From: an uncultured virus (IMG/VR IMGVR_UViG_3300009376_001605)
Taxonomy: Duplodnaviria > Heunggongvirae > Uroviricota > Caudoviricetes
IMG/VR virus record: IMGVR_UViG_3300009376_001605
DNA length: 64,000 nucleotides
Direction: 5' to 3' (one strand)
Notes under the pieces: generated by a model
Databases searched by the model: none
What the model was told of the DNA's origin: nothing
Seen by the model: the letters and a program-made list of their open reading frames with translations, nothing else
Translations under genes and position numbers: made by a program
Part shown: positions 18,908-28,983 of the stretch, piece after piece
Layout of the letters: each line of letters opens with the position of its first letter
Numbering within the stretch: the stretch's first letter is position 1

Positions 18908-21900
18908 CAGAACTTGCTCGCTCTTCCTTCAATTAGCTGTAATAGATACTGGCCCTTAAGATCAGTCCTAAAGTCTTCGCCGATATACTGTCCATTATAC
19001 TGGTACTGAACTTTGGCTCGCTCTAGACTGTGAGGCTCTATAACAAAGTTAACACCTAAGAAATTAGAATTTTTTGGAACGAGTTGTTCAAGCATGGTTC
19101 CAACAGATGTATCAAACCACCTAAAGAATTCTAAAAATTGCTTAAAGCTTACTTTTTCCTCTAGCTTGTTAAAGTAATTATCACGCAAAACCTGGAGTTG
19201 GGGATAATCAGCTGAAAACTGTAAATTGGCTCCGCCAAGAGCGTCATCTATCTCGTCAAGCGTTCCAAACATAGTGACAATATCTTCGTTTAACGCAGAC
19301 GTTACTGAGAAATCTATAGAGAACCTTGCGTCATCCTGGGGCTGATCGTTGGGAGGTATCTCATAAAGAGGAGCTTTTGCAGCGCTAAAATCAGTAATAT
19401 TAGAAGAGCTTACAAAGCTTCGCGGTCGAATCTTGTTAGAGTTTTCAAGATCATCAAATGCGGGCGGAAGTGTAGTGAAGTTGACTTTCTCAAAATTAAA
19501 CAGTGTCTTAGAAGCTTCAAAAGCAGATCCTGTGCCATGAATATTGTTTTGCGAGAAGTCTGTCAAGATAATCTGGCCGGAGGAATCTGATGCTGAGATC
19601 GGCTGGTCTATGGAAAGATCCATTCTTAGCCTTTCAAAAGCACCTGTAATCGCTGTGTTGAAATTAAAATTCTTTCTAGGGGCTTCAACGCCTACAGAAG
19701 TTGGATTCCTTACATGTTCTTTCCACTCAGGTTCAGTGAGCGCTTTTGACCAAAATCGGACCTGAGCTACTTCGCCGCTGAAATTTGTTATCTGGGCCTG
19801 ATCATCAATATCTGGCCCGTTTAAGAATAAATTTGCAGATGTATCCAGAGACTGGGATCCGATGACAATAAACGATCCTGAGGTGTTTAGGGATCCTGAT
19901 TTTTGGAAAACTACTTTTGACGCAGTGCCTGTCGGGTCTTCCTTGTAAAAAGAAGCTGTCGTGTAAGACTCAAATATCCTGCCACCTTCTTGCTTGGCAC
20001 ATCTCAAGAAGTACGATGATGAGAGATGAGTTCCTGCCTGGTCGTTTCTTATCCTGCCAAAGGAAAGATTCCATTTTTCACCATCCATCACATCTGGCCC
20101 AGGAAGCGTTATCTCAAGAGGCCTCTTTGCAGCGGCAGTATAGGCATCTGTGGTAGCCCGAAGAAAGAGCTTAACAGAAGGAGACGCGCCGGACATCACT
20201 AGCAAGTTGGCGGCGACACCGTGCTTGGTAGAAGGTGCTGTTGTTCCTGTTATGTGGATTCTGGCCGCTGATTGTGTAAGCGCAAAGCTACCCGATACTG
20301 GGAATCGATATATTCCCTCATAAGACCAAGACCCAGATGTTAACAATCCGTCGGAGAGATCATTGCTTACTCCGTGGTAGCCACCAAAGGTTGTATTTGG
20401 CTGAACAAATGTACCTACGGGCTCAGGAAAACCTACAGACCTTCTCGATCCTGTCAAAAAGTCAGCTATTAACCGAGGAGATGATGTTGTGAATCCTTGC
20501 GCATCGATGGTCTCATTTCGGGTATTGTTCATTGACCCACTAAAGTCTATAGAAGACTGTATGGTTGATCGATTGGTTCTCATCTGAGCGAAGCTAAATT
20601 TTTTAGGGCCGCCGTATTCTTTGATTCTAACTAAGATATCAGGATCCAGGCCAGTAGCTCTCAAAGCTGCTTTGACACTGTGGATCGTACCTTTCGAACT
20701 AATGATATCCTTTATGTTTACAAGGAACCTTCTAAGGATCTGGTTCCTGATAGACTGCAGGCTTTCTGCTATGTTAGTATAGGTTCCCTTTACATTTTCT
20801 CCGTGAAAGTACTGCTCTGCGGTCGCTTTTGTAAGAATAGGTGGCGGTTCAAAACCGTAATGATTCACGAGGAACATAATGAATGAATCTGATAGCCCTT
20901 CATCGCTTGTGTATGCAGGATCTAAGACTTTAGAGAACTGGTCTGTGGATGTTTTAAGCTCGTCAAAAAACTTAGCCCACACAAAAAGCATTGCAGTTAG
21001 AACCTGTGAGCTGCCTAGATCACCAGATCCCGGAATTGAAGATCCGGTGTACGGCAGTATCAGGTCACCGTCTGTAGTGTTCATGGCAAAGTAATTTTTG
21101 CCCTCATCAAAATAGTGTGATGGAACAAGCCTTGTTATAAGGTTTGGATTCGCATTATCATATGTGCTAGCAGATGCCAGCAACTTTTCGTTAAGATCGA
21201 TAACTTTTTCAAATTGTGGGAAAAGCACCGGATTGAATTTTCTTTCTTCAGACGAAAGAGCTGCCGGATAACTTGATGTAACCCTGTTATAAACCGTGTA
21301 GTTAGATACACGAGAATGCAGGGATTTTCCGCTGCTATCTAAGACAATTGAATTATCTCCGAAACTAGATGAGGGCTCATTAAACTTATAGTAAAGACGA
21401 AGCGGATCTGATGCGAATACATTTCTCTCTTGATTGGACTTTAATTGATGCTCAGTTCTTGCTTCTTGAAAAATTCTCACTTCGTCCAAAGAGCCAGAGA
21501 ATGTCCTGCTGGGGGTGAAGTTTGCGCTATCATGCAAGATTCCCTGGTGAATGCTGCCGGTTCCAATAAAGAGAGATGAATTATTGAAGTCTATGGGCCC
21601 GAAAATCGCAGTATTGGAAGAAGTCCCAACAAGCTTAGAATTAAGATATAGCTTTAACCTGCCCTCATCTTTAGATCTGTCGTAAACAGCAGCAATGTGG
21701 CTAAATTCATTTTTAGGGATAGAAGCTGATACTATTAAGTTGGCGGACCCAGATCGTATTGCAAACATCACTTCGGCAGCCGTCGTAGATACGTTAGATT
21801 TCATAGCCATCGTGTAGCCGTTTGTACTACCAGAAACTTTTTGAAAAAGTACTTCATTACCGTTGGCTAGAGGTGCAGGGAAAATCTGAGTTTCTACAGT

Positions 21901-22419
21901 ATAGCTTTTCTCATCCAGGGCGAGCACGCTCTTTCCAGATCGATCTGATGAGAAGTCGACAAAATCTGCACCTGAAAAGTCTTTTACTTCGATGTATGTC
22001 CCAGAATCTGCTGCTCCGGACGTCGATCCGGAGAATACGAGTGCACCTAAATTTGTAGGAAACTGTGAAAGAACGTAATTATCAAAACCCGTAAGGCCGT
22101 TCAAAAACTTTTCTAATTCTTTTCGTGATCCATCGAAAGGATAGTGATTAATAAGACTGTTAAAAGTGACATTGACATTAGCTTGGGCAGAATTAAAAAA
22201 TGTATGATTTTGAAACTTGCTAAAATCAACCGGGATTTGTTGCGTTGATTTTATTCCCGTACTTTCATCGTAAATGAAATAGTCTTCATAAGATATCCCA
22301 GCATCAAGATCGGCCCGGGTAATGAATCTAACTACTCCTGCTCCACCGCCTTCATCCCTCACGACGGAAGGTCTAAAAACGCCTGGGCGCTGGTTTTGTA
22401 ATCTGTCTTTCGAAGACAT
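18907..22419 (-). CDS. Baseplate wedge-like protein with two LamG-like domains
   Basis: FSHIAAVYD...FSGSLDEVRIF and FSGEVAQVRFW; KGTIHSVKAAL resembles tail protein I/gp7 motif; downstream of baseplate J. Confidence 0.7.
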   Translation of the reverse strand: MSSKDRLQNQRPGVFRPSVVRDEGGGAGVVRFITRADLDAGISYEDYFIYDESTGIKSTQQIPVDFSKFQNHTFFNSAQANVNVTFNSLINHYPFDGSRKELEKFLNGLTGFDNYVLSQFPTNLGALVFSGSTSGAADSGTYIEVKDFSGADFVDFSSDRSGKSVLALDEKSYTVETQIFPAPLANGNEVLFQKVSGSTNGYTMAMKSNVSTTAAEVMFAIRSGSANLIVSASIPKNEFSHIAAVYDRSKDEGRLKLYLNSKLVGTSSNTAIFGPIDFNNSSLFIGTGSIHQGILHDSANFTPSRTFSGSLDEVRIFQEARTEHQLKSNQERNVFASDPLRLYYKFNEPSSSFGDNSIVLDSSGKSLHSRVSNYTVYNRVTSSYPAALSSEERKFNPVLFPQFEKVIDLNEKLLASASTYDNANPNLITRLVPSHYFDEGKNYFAMNTTDGDLILPYTGSSIPGSGDLGSSQVLTAMLFVWAKFFDELKTSTDQFSKVLDPAYTSDEGLSDSFIMFLVNHYGFEPPPILTKATAEQYFHGENVKGTYTNIAESLQSIRNQILRRFLVNIKDIISSKGTIHSVKAALRATGLDPDILVRIKEYGGPKKFSFAQMRTNRSTIQSSIDFSGSMNNTRNETIDAQGFTTSSPRLIADFLTGSRRSVGFPEPVGTFVQPNTTFGGYHGVSNDLSDGLLTSGSWSYEGIYRFPVSGSFALTQSAARIHITGTTAPSTKHGVAANLLVMSGASPSVKLFLRATTDAYTAAAKRPLEITLPGPDVMDGEKWNLSFGRIRNDQAGTHLSSSYFLRCAKQEGGRIFESYTTASFYKEDPTGTASKVVFQKSGSLNTSGSFIVIGSQSLDTSANLFLNGPDIDDQAQITNFSGEVAQVRFWSKALTEPEWKEHVRNPTSVGVEAPRKNFNFNTAITGAFERLRMDLSIDQPISASDSSGQIILTDFSQNNIHGTGSAFEASKTLFNFEKVNFTTLPPAFDDLENSNKIRPRSFVSSSNITDFSAAKAPLYEIPPNDQPQDDARFSIDFSVTSALNEDIVTMFGTLDEIDDALGGANLQFSADYPQLQVLRDNYFNKLEEKVSFKQFLEFFRWFDTSVGTMLEQLVPKNSNFLGVNFVIEPHSLERAKVQYQYNGQYIGEDFRTDLKGQYLLQLIEGRASKF

Positions 22420-23969
22420 TAGGGATCTATCCTAAAAGTTCCTCCGACATTTTTGAATATTTGAGTTGAGTTATCTCTCTTTATCTTCACATCAATTGTG
22501 AAAACTCTTCCCATGTCCAGGTCGTCGGTAAAAATATCAAAATACATTCCTTTTGAATCGGTTGACATAAGGGTACCATTATATCCGTCGCCATCATCAA
22601 AAGGAATAACTACATCGTCTGAGTATGTGTCTCTAATTCTATAATAGCACTTGGTTAAAATCATGCTAGATCGATAAAGCGGAAGCTTAAGGGCTTTTAC
22701 TTGTTCGTCTGCATCAAAAGCAACCATTCTTAGCCTAACTTTTTGTCCAGACTTATAAGCTCCCTTAAGATTTGCTATATTCAGGGTGTACCTAACAGGA
22801 TCATTATCAAATGCTGTTGTATCAGAAGCCATAACTTTAAGGCTTCCCGTATGGTAACCTACTGTTTCATCTATAGACTGCCAAAACGTTGTGAATGTTA
22901 CTGATCCGCTGTCCCTTATGAAATCCTCAAGCGTATTGTTATTGTCTACAGAAGAAGAACCAAAGCTATCAATTGCAAATGAAGCTGAGTATACGCCGGT
23001 GGAAAACAAAGTTCCTCCAGGGTAAGAGTGCTGCGATGCCAATACTACTTTCTGGTACGACCCCGTCTGCAATTTTAAATTCATGCAATCGTCGCCTGAG
23101 ATCTGGGTTAGGGCGGCGCCTGATACTACGTTTGCCGCATGCCCTCTTTCAAAATTGTTTAGAAAGATTGATCCTGAGAGGTTAAAAAAGAAGGACTTAT
23201 GATAATCTTGAATAGTATCGTCATATCTAACGTCTAGAGAGGGTTGTTTTCTTGTGTTGCTATTGTGGCGAGATGCAAAGCGCTTAACAAATCTAGATTT
23301 TGTATCTGTCTCTTGCGTTCCTGAAAAGGATATTCTAAATCCAAAATCAGGTATCTGGTTTGCTAATGTAGCAGAAACTACCTTTGTCACATCGACAGAA
23401 AGATCCTCAGTACCATCTAAGAAAGTCTGCTCGCTATACAAGAAAGCGACACCGTCGCCATCGTTTAAGTTACCAGACGATATTATATCCAGATCCGCTG
23501 CACCCAAAAGGCCTTGCTTATTTGCCCCTGTAAGGTGCCAGGTCGTGGGAGATGCATTTGTCACAGATGATGTGATAAAGTTGGCGGCGTCGATGTCTTG
23601 AAACTTTACAACATCTCTTCCTACTCCTTCATCAAATGATCGTGAAAGAGGAAAGACTGCAACCTTGAAATTAGAAGGAAGAGTTTGACCTCCGTACACA
23701 TCGTGAAGCTTTAAGTCACACCTAAAGGAAGTGCTGTCTATGTCAAGTATGCTTCCCGTGAGGGCGCGCAGGGGATTCAAGTCAAATTTTATTAGAATCC
23801 GAGTAAGCTCAATAGGAGTGTCATCACCAGCAATCTTATTCTCATTATAAAGCTTAAAAAGATCTAGAGTAGCTCCTTCGCCTACATTGGAATCAGTTGC
23901 CCTAAAACTATTACGAATAATCTTATTAGTAATGTAAGTGTCTTTAGTAGCCTTTAGTCGTCTATACAT
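22419..23969 (-). CDS. Baseplate-associated structural protein (DNRLRE-like N-terminus)
   Basis: ATKDTYI...TRILIKFDL...FASR...PSLDVRYDD pattern; between baseplate genes. Confidence 0.6.
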   Translation of the reverse strand: MYRRLKATKDTYITNKIIRNSFRATDSNVGEGATLDLFKLYNENKIAGDDTPIELTRILIKFDLNPLRALTGSILDIDSTSFRCDLKLHDVYGGQTLPSNFKVAVFPLSRSFDEGVGRDVVKFQDIDAANFITSSVTNASPTTWHLTGANKQGLLGAADLDIISSGNLNDGDGVAFLYSEQTFLDGTEDLSVDVTKVVSATLANQIPDFGFRISFSGTQETDTKSRFVKRFASRHNSNTRKQPSLDVRYDDTIQDYHKSFFFNLSGSIFLNNFERGHAANVVSGAALTQISGDDCMNLKLQTGSYQKVVLASQHSYPGGTLFSTGVYSASFAIDSFGSSSVDNNNTLEDFIRDSGSVTFTTFWQSIDETVGYHTGSLKVMASDTTAFDNDPVRYTLNIANLKGAYKSGQKVRLRMVAFDADEQVKALKLPLYRSSMILTKCYYRIRDTYSDDVVIPFDDGDGYNGTLMSTDSKGMYFDIFTDDLDMGRVFTIDVKIKRDNSTQIFKNVGGTFRIDP

Positions 23970-23978
23970 CTATGTACC

Positions 23979-25823
23979 TCAAACTATCGCACCTTTAATA
24001 TCTAGGCTAGGAAATTTAACTTCAAAAATTCCTCCCTCAGGAGGAAAGATCAAACCCTTGCGTGTATTAACAGGTATATTGTGGACAACCTGAGAGTAAC
24101 TTCTAGTACCTTCACTGCCCGTCTTATTGACAACCTTTAAATCGACGACAGAAAGAACTCCCGGGGTGTTATAAACTAAATTGATCAAATCAGACTGCCT
24201 TATCGGTTCTCCGATTTGAAAATTTTCAACATTAGTGTAGTTAATAATTTTTCCAATACAAGATCTAAGAACTGCATCAGGACTAAAATTTGGATCAACT
24301 GCTATTTTAAATTCAGCTCCTATATTAACGATCGGTGCATCAAGTATATCAATAGCATCTGATATCAACCTGAACTCGTTTAGGTATGTCACTAAATTTT
24401 TCTTGAGAGCATCAGGAGAAAGCGTAAGCCTTCCGTCGATATCTCTATTGACTATAAAAAGAGAAGTTGCTAGAGGATTCCTGGCGCTGGCAGATACTCC
24501 AGCTCGGAAAACCCTTCCAAATGTTGAAGGCATCGTATAAATTCTAGATAGTAGATCTTGCTTGCTTACGATTCTATTTTGAGAATTTTTTGCAGCGGAG
24601 ATAAGGCTTCTTATCTCCTCAATTGTGAGAGGATCTTCTCCTCCCGATGCCTCGGCATCATTCGTAACAAACAGCGATGCCCTAACTGCTTGGGCTTCGG
24701 CTGCTGTTGGAGATTTTTCAAATACCAGGATAAGTCCGGCAACTGAGCTTATTGATCTTGCAGATACGTTATGCGTCAAGCCTCCTCCGGATCTATATTG
24801 AACTTGCAGGGTTGTATTTCTAGGCGAGAGACCGAGCGTTCTTGTTTTTAAAAGATTGTTTGGGTCTATAGTGAATTTAGAAAATGTCTTCTTTCCAAAA
24901 AGAGGTAGCGCCAATTCAGATGGATCAGGAATAAGATCTCCATCGAGTGTTCCTGGATTTCCAGATCCGAATCGAAGGGTAGTCAATCCCGTGGTTGAAG
25001 ATCCCTCTTTTACAAATCGACGAGGTGCCGACTTGATGGCAATCATGTCATTAACAATTTTATTGTCATCGTCTAAATTAGGAATTGCTGTAAATACAGT
25101 ATCTTGCGTAAGGGCGTCCACTTCATAGTATTCGTTCCCGTCATCATCTCTAACATCTAGTATTTCGCTTACATTGCTATTAGCAAGAACGATCGTTCTA
25201 AAAGGGACATGATCATCCGGAATTGTGAAGTTTTCTGTCGCTCTTTCTCCTGAGACGCAAGTTCCTTTTCGTGATACAAAATAATTCTTAGGAGTCCCAT
25301 CTGAGTTGAACTCGTTTACTTCTACTTCTGCTAAAAATTGATTTAACTCATTTCTTTCTGCAAAGTCTAGGTCTTCTGTTAGTTCAAATGTAATTCCGCT
25401 ATCAGAAGAAACCGTTGTGCCCTTCTTGATCACGGGTAATGAGAATTGTGCCGGCTGGTAAATTGTTCCAACTTTTTGAGAAGAGACCTTTAATGTGAAT
25501 GTTACTTCAGATACAGCGGGTGAGGCTCCTCTAATATCTACACCCGCGTTACGCGCGAGGCGTTCGATATTTTCTCTTTCAACAGCAGTTTCTGGATCAA
25601 GCTCTCTAAATTGGTGATCTAGGTAGAACGCAGTTACGTCTCCGACATATGCTGCCATGTCCAGGAATAAACCGCCAAGTGAGGCTTCTGAAAAGTCTTG
25701 GATCCTATCTGGGAAATACGTCTGGGCATAATCGAGTAGTTGTGAACGAAACTCTCCGAAGTCTTTGTTTAAAAAAGACCTGTTTCTAATCGCAGTCAAC
25801 CTGTTTTTTGTATTTGTCGACAA
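23979..25823 (-). CDS. Baseplate wedge protein, T4 gp6 / baseplate J family
   Basis: DFSEASLGGLFLDMAAYVGD; ASGGEDPLTIEEIR...QNRIVSKQD. Confidence 0.9.
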   Translation of the reverse strand: MSTNTKNRLTAIRNRSFLNKDFGEFRSQLLDYAQTYFPDRIQDFSEASLGGLFLDMAAYVGDVTAFYLDHQFRELDPETAVERENIERLARNAGVDIRGASPAVSEVTFTLKVSSQKVGTIYQPAQFSLPVIKKGTTVSSDSGITFELTEDLDFAERNELNQFLAEVEVNEFNSDGTPKNYFVSRKGTCVSGERATENFTIPDDHVPFRTIVLANSNVSEILDVRDDDGNEYYEVDALTQDTVFTAIPNLDDDNKIVNDMIAIKSAPRRFVKEGSSTTGLTTLRFGSGNPGTLDGDLIPDPSELALPLFGKKTFSKFTIDPNNLLKTRTLGLSPRNTTLQVQYRSGGGLTHNVSARSISSVAGLILVFEKSPTAAEAQAVRASLFVTNDAEASGGEDPLTIEEIRSLISAAKNSQNRIVSKQDLLSRIYTMPSTFGRVFRAGVSASARNPLATSLFIVNRDIDGRLTLSPDALKKNLVTYLNEFRLISDAIDILDAPIVNIGAEFKIAVDPNFSPDAVLRSCIGKIINYTNVENFQIGEPIRQSDLINLVYNTPGVLSVVDLKVVNKTGSEGTRSYSQVVHNIPVNTRKGLIFPPEGGIFEVKFPSLDIKGAIV

Positions 25824-25826
25824 TTA

Positions 25827-26300
25827 TTATCCTCCTGCAGTGAGCAAGACGCTCATCTTTTTACCAGTCACACCTAAGGCAGGTATTCCATACGCCAGGG
25901 TGATTGCTATGGTCGCAAGACTCTTACTTGTTGATCTATTGTCAGTTGCTACCTCAAAAGTCTCCAGATCAATAAAGGGCAAATATTTTCTTGCTGCCAC
26001 CTTAATTCTTCTCATGCACTCAGTTTCAAAAGATGCGCCCGTTAAAGAAAAAAGTATGGGTTGTAAATTTGCACCAAAGTCATATAAACCTAATCTTTCT
26101 CCGTGGTTTGTCAAAATAAGGTTTCTTAAGTTATCCTCAATTTGATCTTGTAATGCGTAGTGCATCTCAAAAATATCTTGCTGCGTAGTACTCAGCCTTA
26201 AGGGAGTAGCAATACCGATAGGTGTAGGTGAAATGTCTGCTTGACGATTTTGATATTCGTCGAGTTTCTCACCCACGTTCTTAAAGCTTATAGCTGCCAT
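25827..26300 (-). CDS. Baseplate wedge subunit, gp25/GPW family
   Basis: NLRNLILTNHGERLGLYDFGANL...KYLPFI; adjacent to gp6; start moved to ATG at 26300. Confidence 0.9.
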   Translation of the reverse strand: MAAISFKNVGEKLDEYQNRQADISPTPIGIATPLRLSTTQQDIFEMHYALQDQIEDNLRNLILTNHGERLGLYDFGANLQPILFSLTGASFETECMRRIKVAARKYLPFIDLETFEVATDNRSTSKSLATIAITLAYGIPALGVTGKKMSVLLTAGG

Positions 26301-26379
26301 TTTGTACACAACCCTGTAGATAACTAACTACTACACTGACTTTATTAATCAGTATTCATGCTCAACAGTTAAATATACT

Positions 26380-27009
26380 CTACATGAGAGTACTGACAAT
26401 TGGACCTGCAGCAGGTGGAGCAGTATTAGCGCCTGCTCCCGTAAAGAGGGTACTCAGAAAAGAAGCGTGAATCACAGTAGCCATCGCATTGATCACATCA
26501 TCCTCCTCACCTCCCGCTATTCCTACAGCAAGAGGCGTAACCAACAGAGGTGGTACAGCCATCACTGCAGCTCCTGCACCTGTGATGGTATTGATGGAAT
26601 TTGCAAACGCAATAAATGAAGCCGCAACGTATGCCACGATCCCGCTCGTGATGGCAGTCATCGCCACATCTTGTGTGTTCATGCTGGTAAGAATAGCTGT
26701 CTGAAGCGCGGGCTTTCCCACTTGGGCAGTTTTCACTTTCAGCTTCGCGCCTGCAGAGGCTGCATCGGGTGGGGCTGGAGGTGCTATCACTATTAACGTC
26801 GAAGGTATGGGAATCATTATCTCGGCATCACTAGCATAGGTGATGATGGCATCTGCGATAAAGCCGGCGATGTCAGATTGACTATTCTTAGCCTCGCTTA
26901 CCTTAACCTCGTTTCCCTGGTCATCTTGTGTAGTTTTCTCTTCTACTTCTCTGCCTTTTGCAAAAGCGTCTTTTAGACCATCTACAAGCTTTTGTTGGTC
27001 GAGCGCCAT
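26380..27009 (-). CDS. Ala/Ile/Pro-rich hypothetical protein between spike and gp25
   Basis: 209 aa ORF abutting the spike gene stop. Confidence 0.6.
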   Translation of the reverse strand: MALDQQKLVDGLKDAFAKGREVEEKTTQDDQGNEVKVSEAKNSQSDIAGFIADAIITYASDAEIMIPIPSTLIVIAPPAPPDAASAGAKLKVKTAQVGKPALQTAILTSMNTQDVAMTAITSGIVAYVAASFIAFANSINTITGAGAAVMAVPPLLVTPLAVGIAGGEEDDVINAMATVIHASFLSTLFTGAGANTAPPAAGPIVSTLM

Positions 27010-28656
27010 CTACTTAGTCTTAGCATTCTTACTGAGAATCGTATCCAGCTGGGCTTTAAAAGCTGATATCTCACTTAGAATTGCAGGGTTTAATATGCCC
27101 GGCCCAACGCCCGTGGCGACAAAATTGGGGGCATTTGCCTCCATAGCACCTAGCAGCTTTCCTAAAAAGACTCTTAGCGCGTTTCCAAGAACTAGGGGTT
27201 CAGTGGCATTATTTCCGATGTAGACCTGTGTACCTTCGCCATTTGCACCCTCTTTACCAGAGCCAATGATCATCGATGGACTGTCGATGACTAATGTTCC
27301 GTCAGGATTGAACTGGATGACACCCTGGTCAATTGAGTGCCCATCTTCGTCTCTCGTACCTTCTTTGATTATGCGGATGCTGCCTGCAGTAGCAACATCA
27401 GTGGATATTGCACCTTCTTCGTCTCTTTCTTGAGCTGCAACTATTCTTATCTCTTTGGCACGTGATATCACGTAAGCAGAACTGTCTACAGGAGCAGAAG
27501 GAAATTCTTCACCTATCTTTGGAAGAAACTTAGGCTCCTCATATCCAAGGTTCTTGTCACCGTCTGTCTTCATAGAAATATAAACTCGAGAAAGATCCTT
27601 AATAAAGCTTATGTCACCCTCGTTTATCTTTTGAGACGGCTCATTATTGGGTTTTGCCCAGGATCTCTTTTCTTTCTCTGTTTCACCTTCACGGGCATTA
27701 GCAACCGTAGTTATTTTTTCTGGATCGAACTTAAAGCTTTCGCCCTCTCTAATCAGGGCTCTTCCGGCGACCATGTCAATAGTGCCTGCTTTTGCATCGA
27801 GGCGTGGTTTTTCAAGAGGAGCCTCAGATTTGTAATTTACGTTGGACTCACCGTTACCAGGATTAGGTCGATCCTCACCTACACAGATCAAAGCATTGTT
27901 AGAACCCTGAATTACTATATCACCAGGGCGCTTGGTAAATTCTGGAACAGGCTCTCTAGTCGTCCTTCTATTAGATTGAGATTCTATGTAGATTCTGTTG
28001 TAATCATTAGTGGCCGGCAAAGTGTAAGTGTTTACCAACCCTGGATTTTCAGGATCATTAGAATAAATACCATTGTGAAACGGCGGGGGTGCCAGCTGGG
28101 CTGGCCGTTTTCCTTTTTGCTGGTTAACATATTCCTGGCTTCGGCTTCGATCGGCGTGAGTGAAATTTATATCGTCTGCATAGTCAGGAGCTACTACTCT
28201 TGACATCCAGTATCCGCTACAAATTAATTCTCCGTCGACTGCAGAATCTCCTTGCGGTACCTCGCTCTTAGTTACACTGAATTGACTTTGTAGCGCTTCA
28301 GAGATAATCCATACGTTTTCTCCTGGTTTTACTGGGAGGGATAAATGCTGGGAAAAAAGAGGATAAAAAAGCTTTGCGCCGCCGGAGGCTGCATTTGTAT
28401 CGTCTAGCAAGATAGCAATCACGGCATTTCTCGGAGCCATCTTGAGCTGCCTTCTAAGAGGACCTGGTAGACTAGTCTTCAAATAGGGAGTAGGAGCATT
28501 TCCGATCTTCTTGAGAAATACATCAAGAAAGTCATTATTTTTGAATTGAGCCGGGTTATCAACAATTTCCAGGACCAATGCCTGCTTGATGACTGTTGAA
28601 TTTTGATTAAGTACGGGGAGGACGTCACCGCCATGTTTTAAATCTTCCATGCTCAT
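27010..28656 (-). CDS. Baseplate hub/spike protein (gp5/GpV-like)
   Basis: LPVKPGENVWII OB-fold-like motif, PGDIVIQGSNNALI, C-terminal VYIGNNATEPLVLGN; upstream of gp25/gp6. Confidence 0.65.
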   Translation of the reverse strand: MSMEDLKHGGDVLPVLNQNSTVIKQALVLEIVDNPAQFKNNDFLDVFLKKIGNAPTPYLKTSLPGPLRRQLKMAPRNAVIAILLDDTNAASGGAKLFYPLFSQHLSLPVKPGENVWIISEALQSQFSVTKSEVPQGDSAVDGELICSGYWMSRVVAPDYADDINFTHADRSRSQEYVNQQKGKRPAQLAPPPFHNGIYSNDPENPGLVNTYTLPATNDYNRIYIESQSNRRTTREPVPEFTKRPGDIVIQGSNNALICVGEDRPNPGNGESNVNYKSEAPLEKPRLDAKAGTIDMVAGRALIREGESFKFDPEKITTVANAREGETEKEKRSWAKPNNEPSQKINEGDISFIKDLSRVYISMKTDGDKNLGYEEPKFLPKIGEEFPSAPVDSSAYVISRAKEIRIVAAQERDEEGAISTDVATAGSIRIIKEGTRDEDGHSIDQGVIQFNPDGTLVIDSPSMIIGSGKEGANGEGTQVYIGNNATEPLVLGNALRVFLGKLLGAMEANAPNFVATGVGPGILNPAILSEISAFKAQLDTILSKNAKTK

Positions 28657-28659
28657 AAT

Positions 28660-28983
28660 TTACTCTGACGGCTTTATTTTTACTGTATCCATCTTGCTGT
28701 ACACGTCGTCTAAGTCAATATCTTCTTCTTCAGCAACGATATCAGATTTTTGCATAAGCTCTGCTAGCTTAACAAGCTGGTCGTTTGACTTTGCCATTCT
28801 TTCTAGGTATTTTGATACTGTAGTTCCGTACAGGATATGTTTTTCCGGGTCGGCTGTTATTTCCTTCCACAGATTGGTAACCAGCATACTAGCTTTCTCC
28901 CTATCCTGGAAGGCATTCTGATATATTTCTGTCCAAATCTCTTCTTTAGATTTTGGATCATTCGAAGAAGATTCTGAACTCAT
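28660..28983 (-). CDS. Hypothetical helical protein
   Basis: 107 aa ORF coupled to the sigma-like gene. Confidence 0.65.
   Translation of the reverse strand: MSSESSSNDPKSKEEIWTEIYQNAFQDREKASMLVTNLWKEITADPEKHILYGTTVSKYLERMAKSNDQLVKLAELMQKSDIVAEEEDIDLDDVYSKMDTVKIKPSE

Noticed and set aside
3652..28656. Stop-codon reassignment
   Set aside because: Genes are full length in the standard code; TAG-ended genes at 6723 and 13624 are followed by genes in other frames
18907..28656. Bacterial contractile injection system (eCIS/T6SS)
   Set aside because: A phage-type sigma, Cas4-like nuclease and giant fibres, with no bacterial housekeeping context, favour a phage; capsid and terminase are not in the window, so this is not formally excluded
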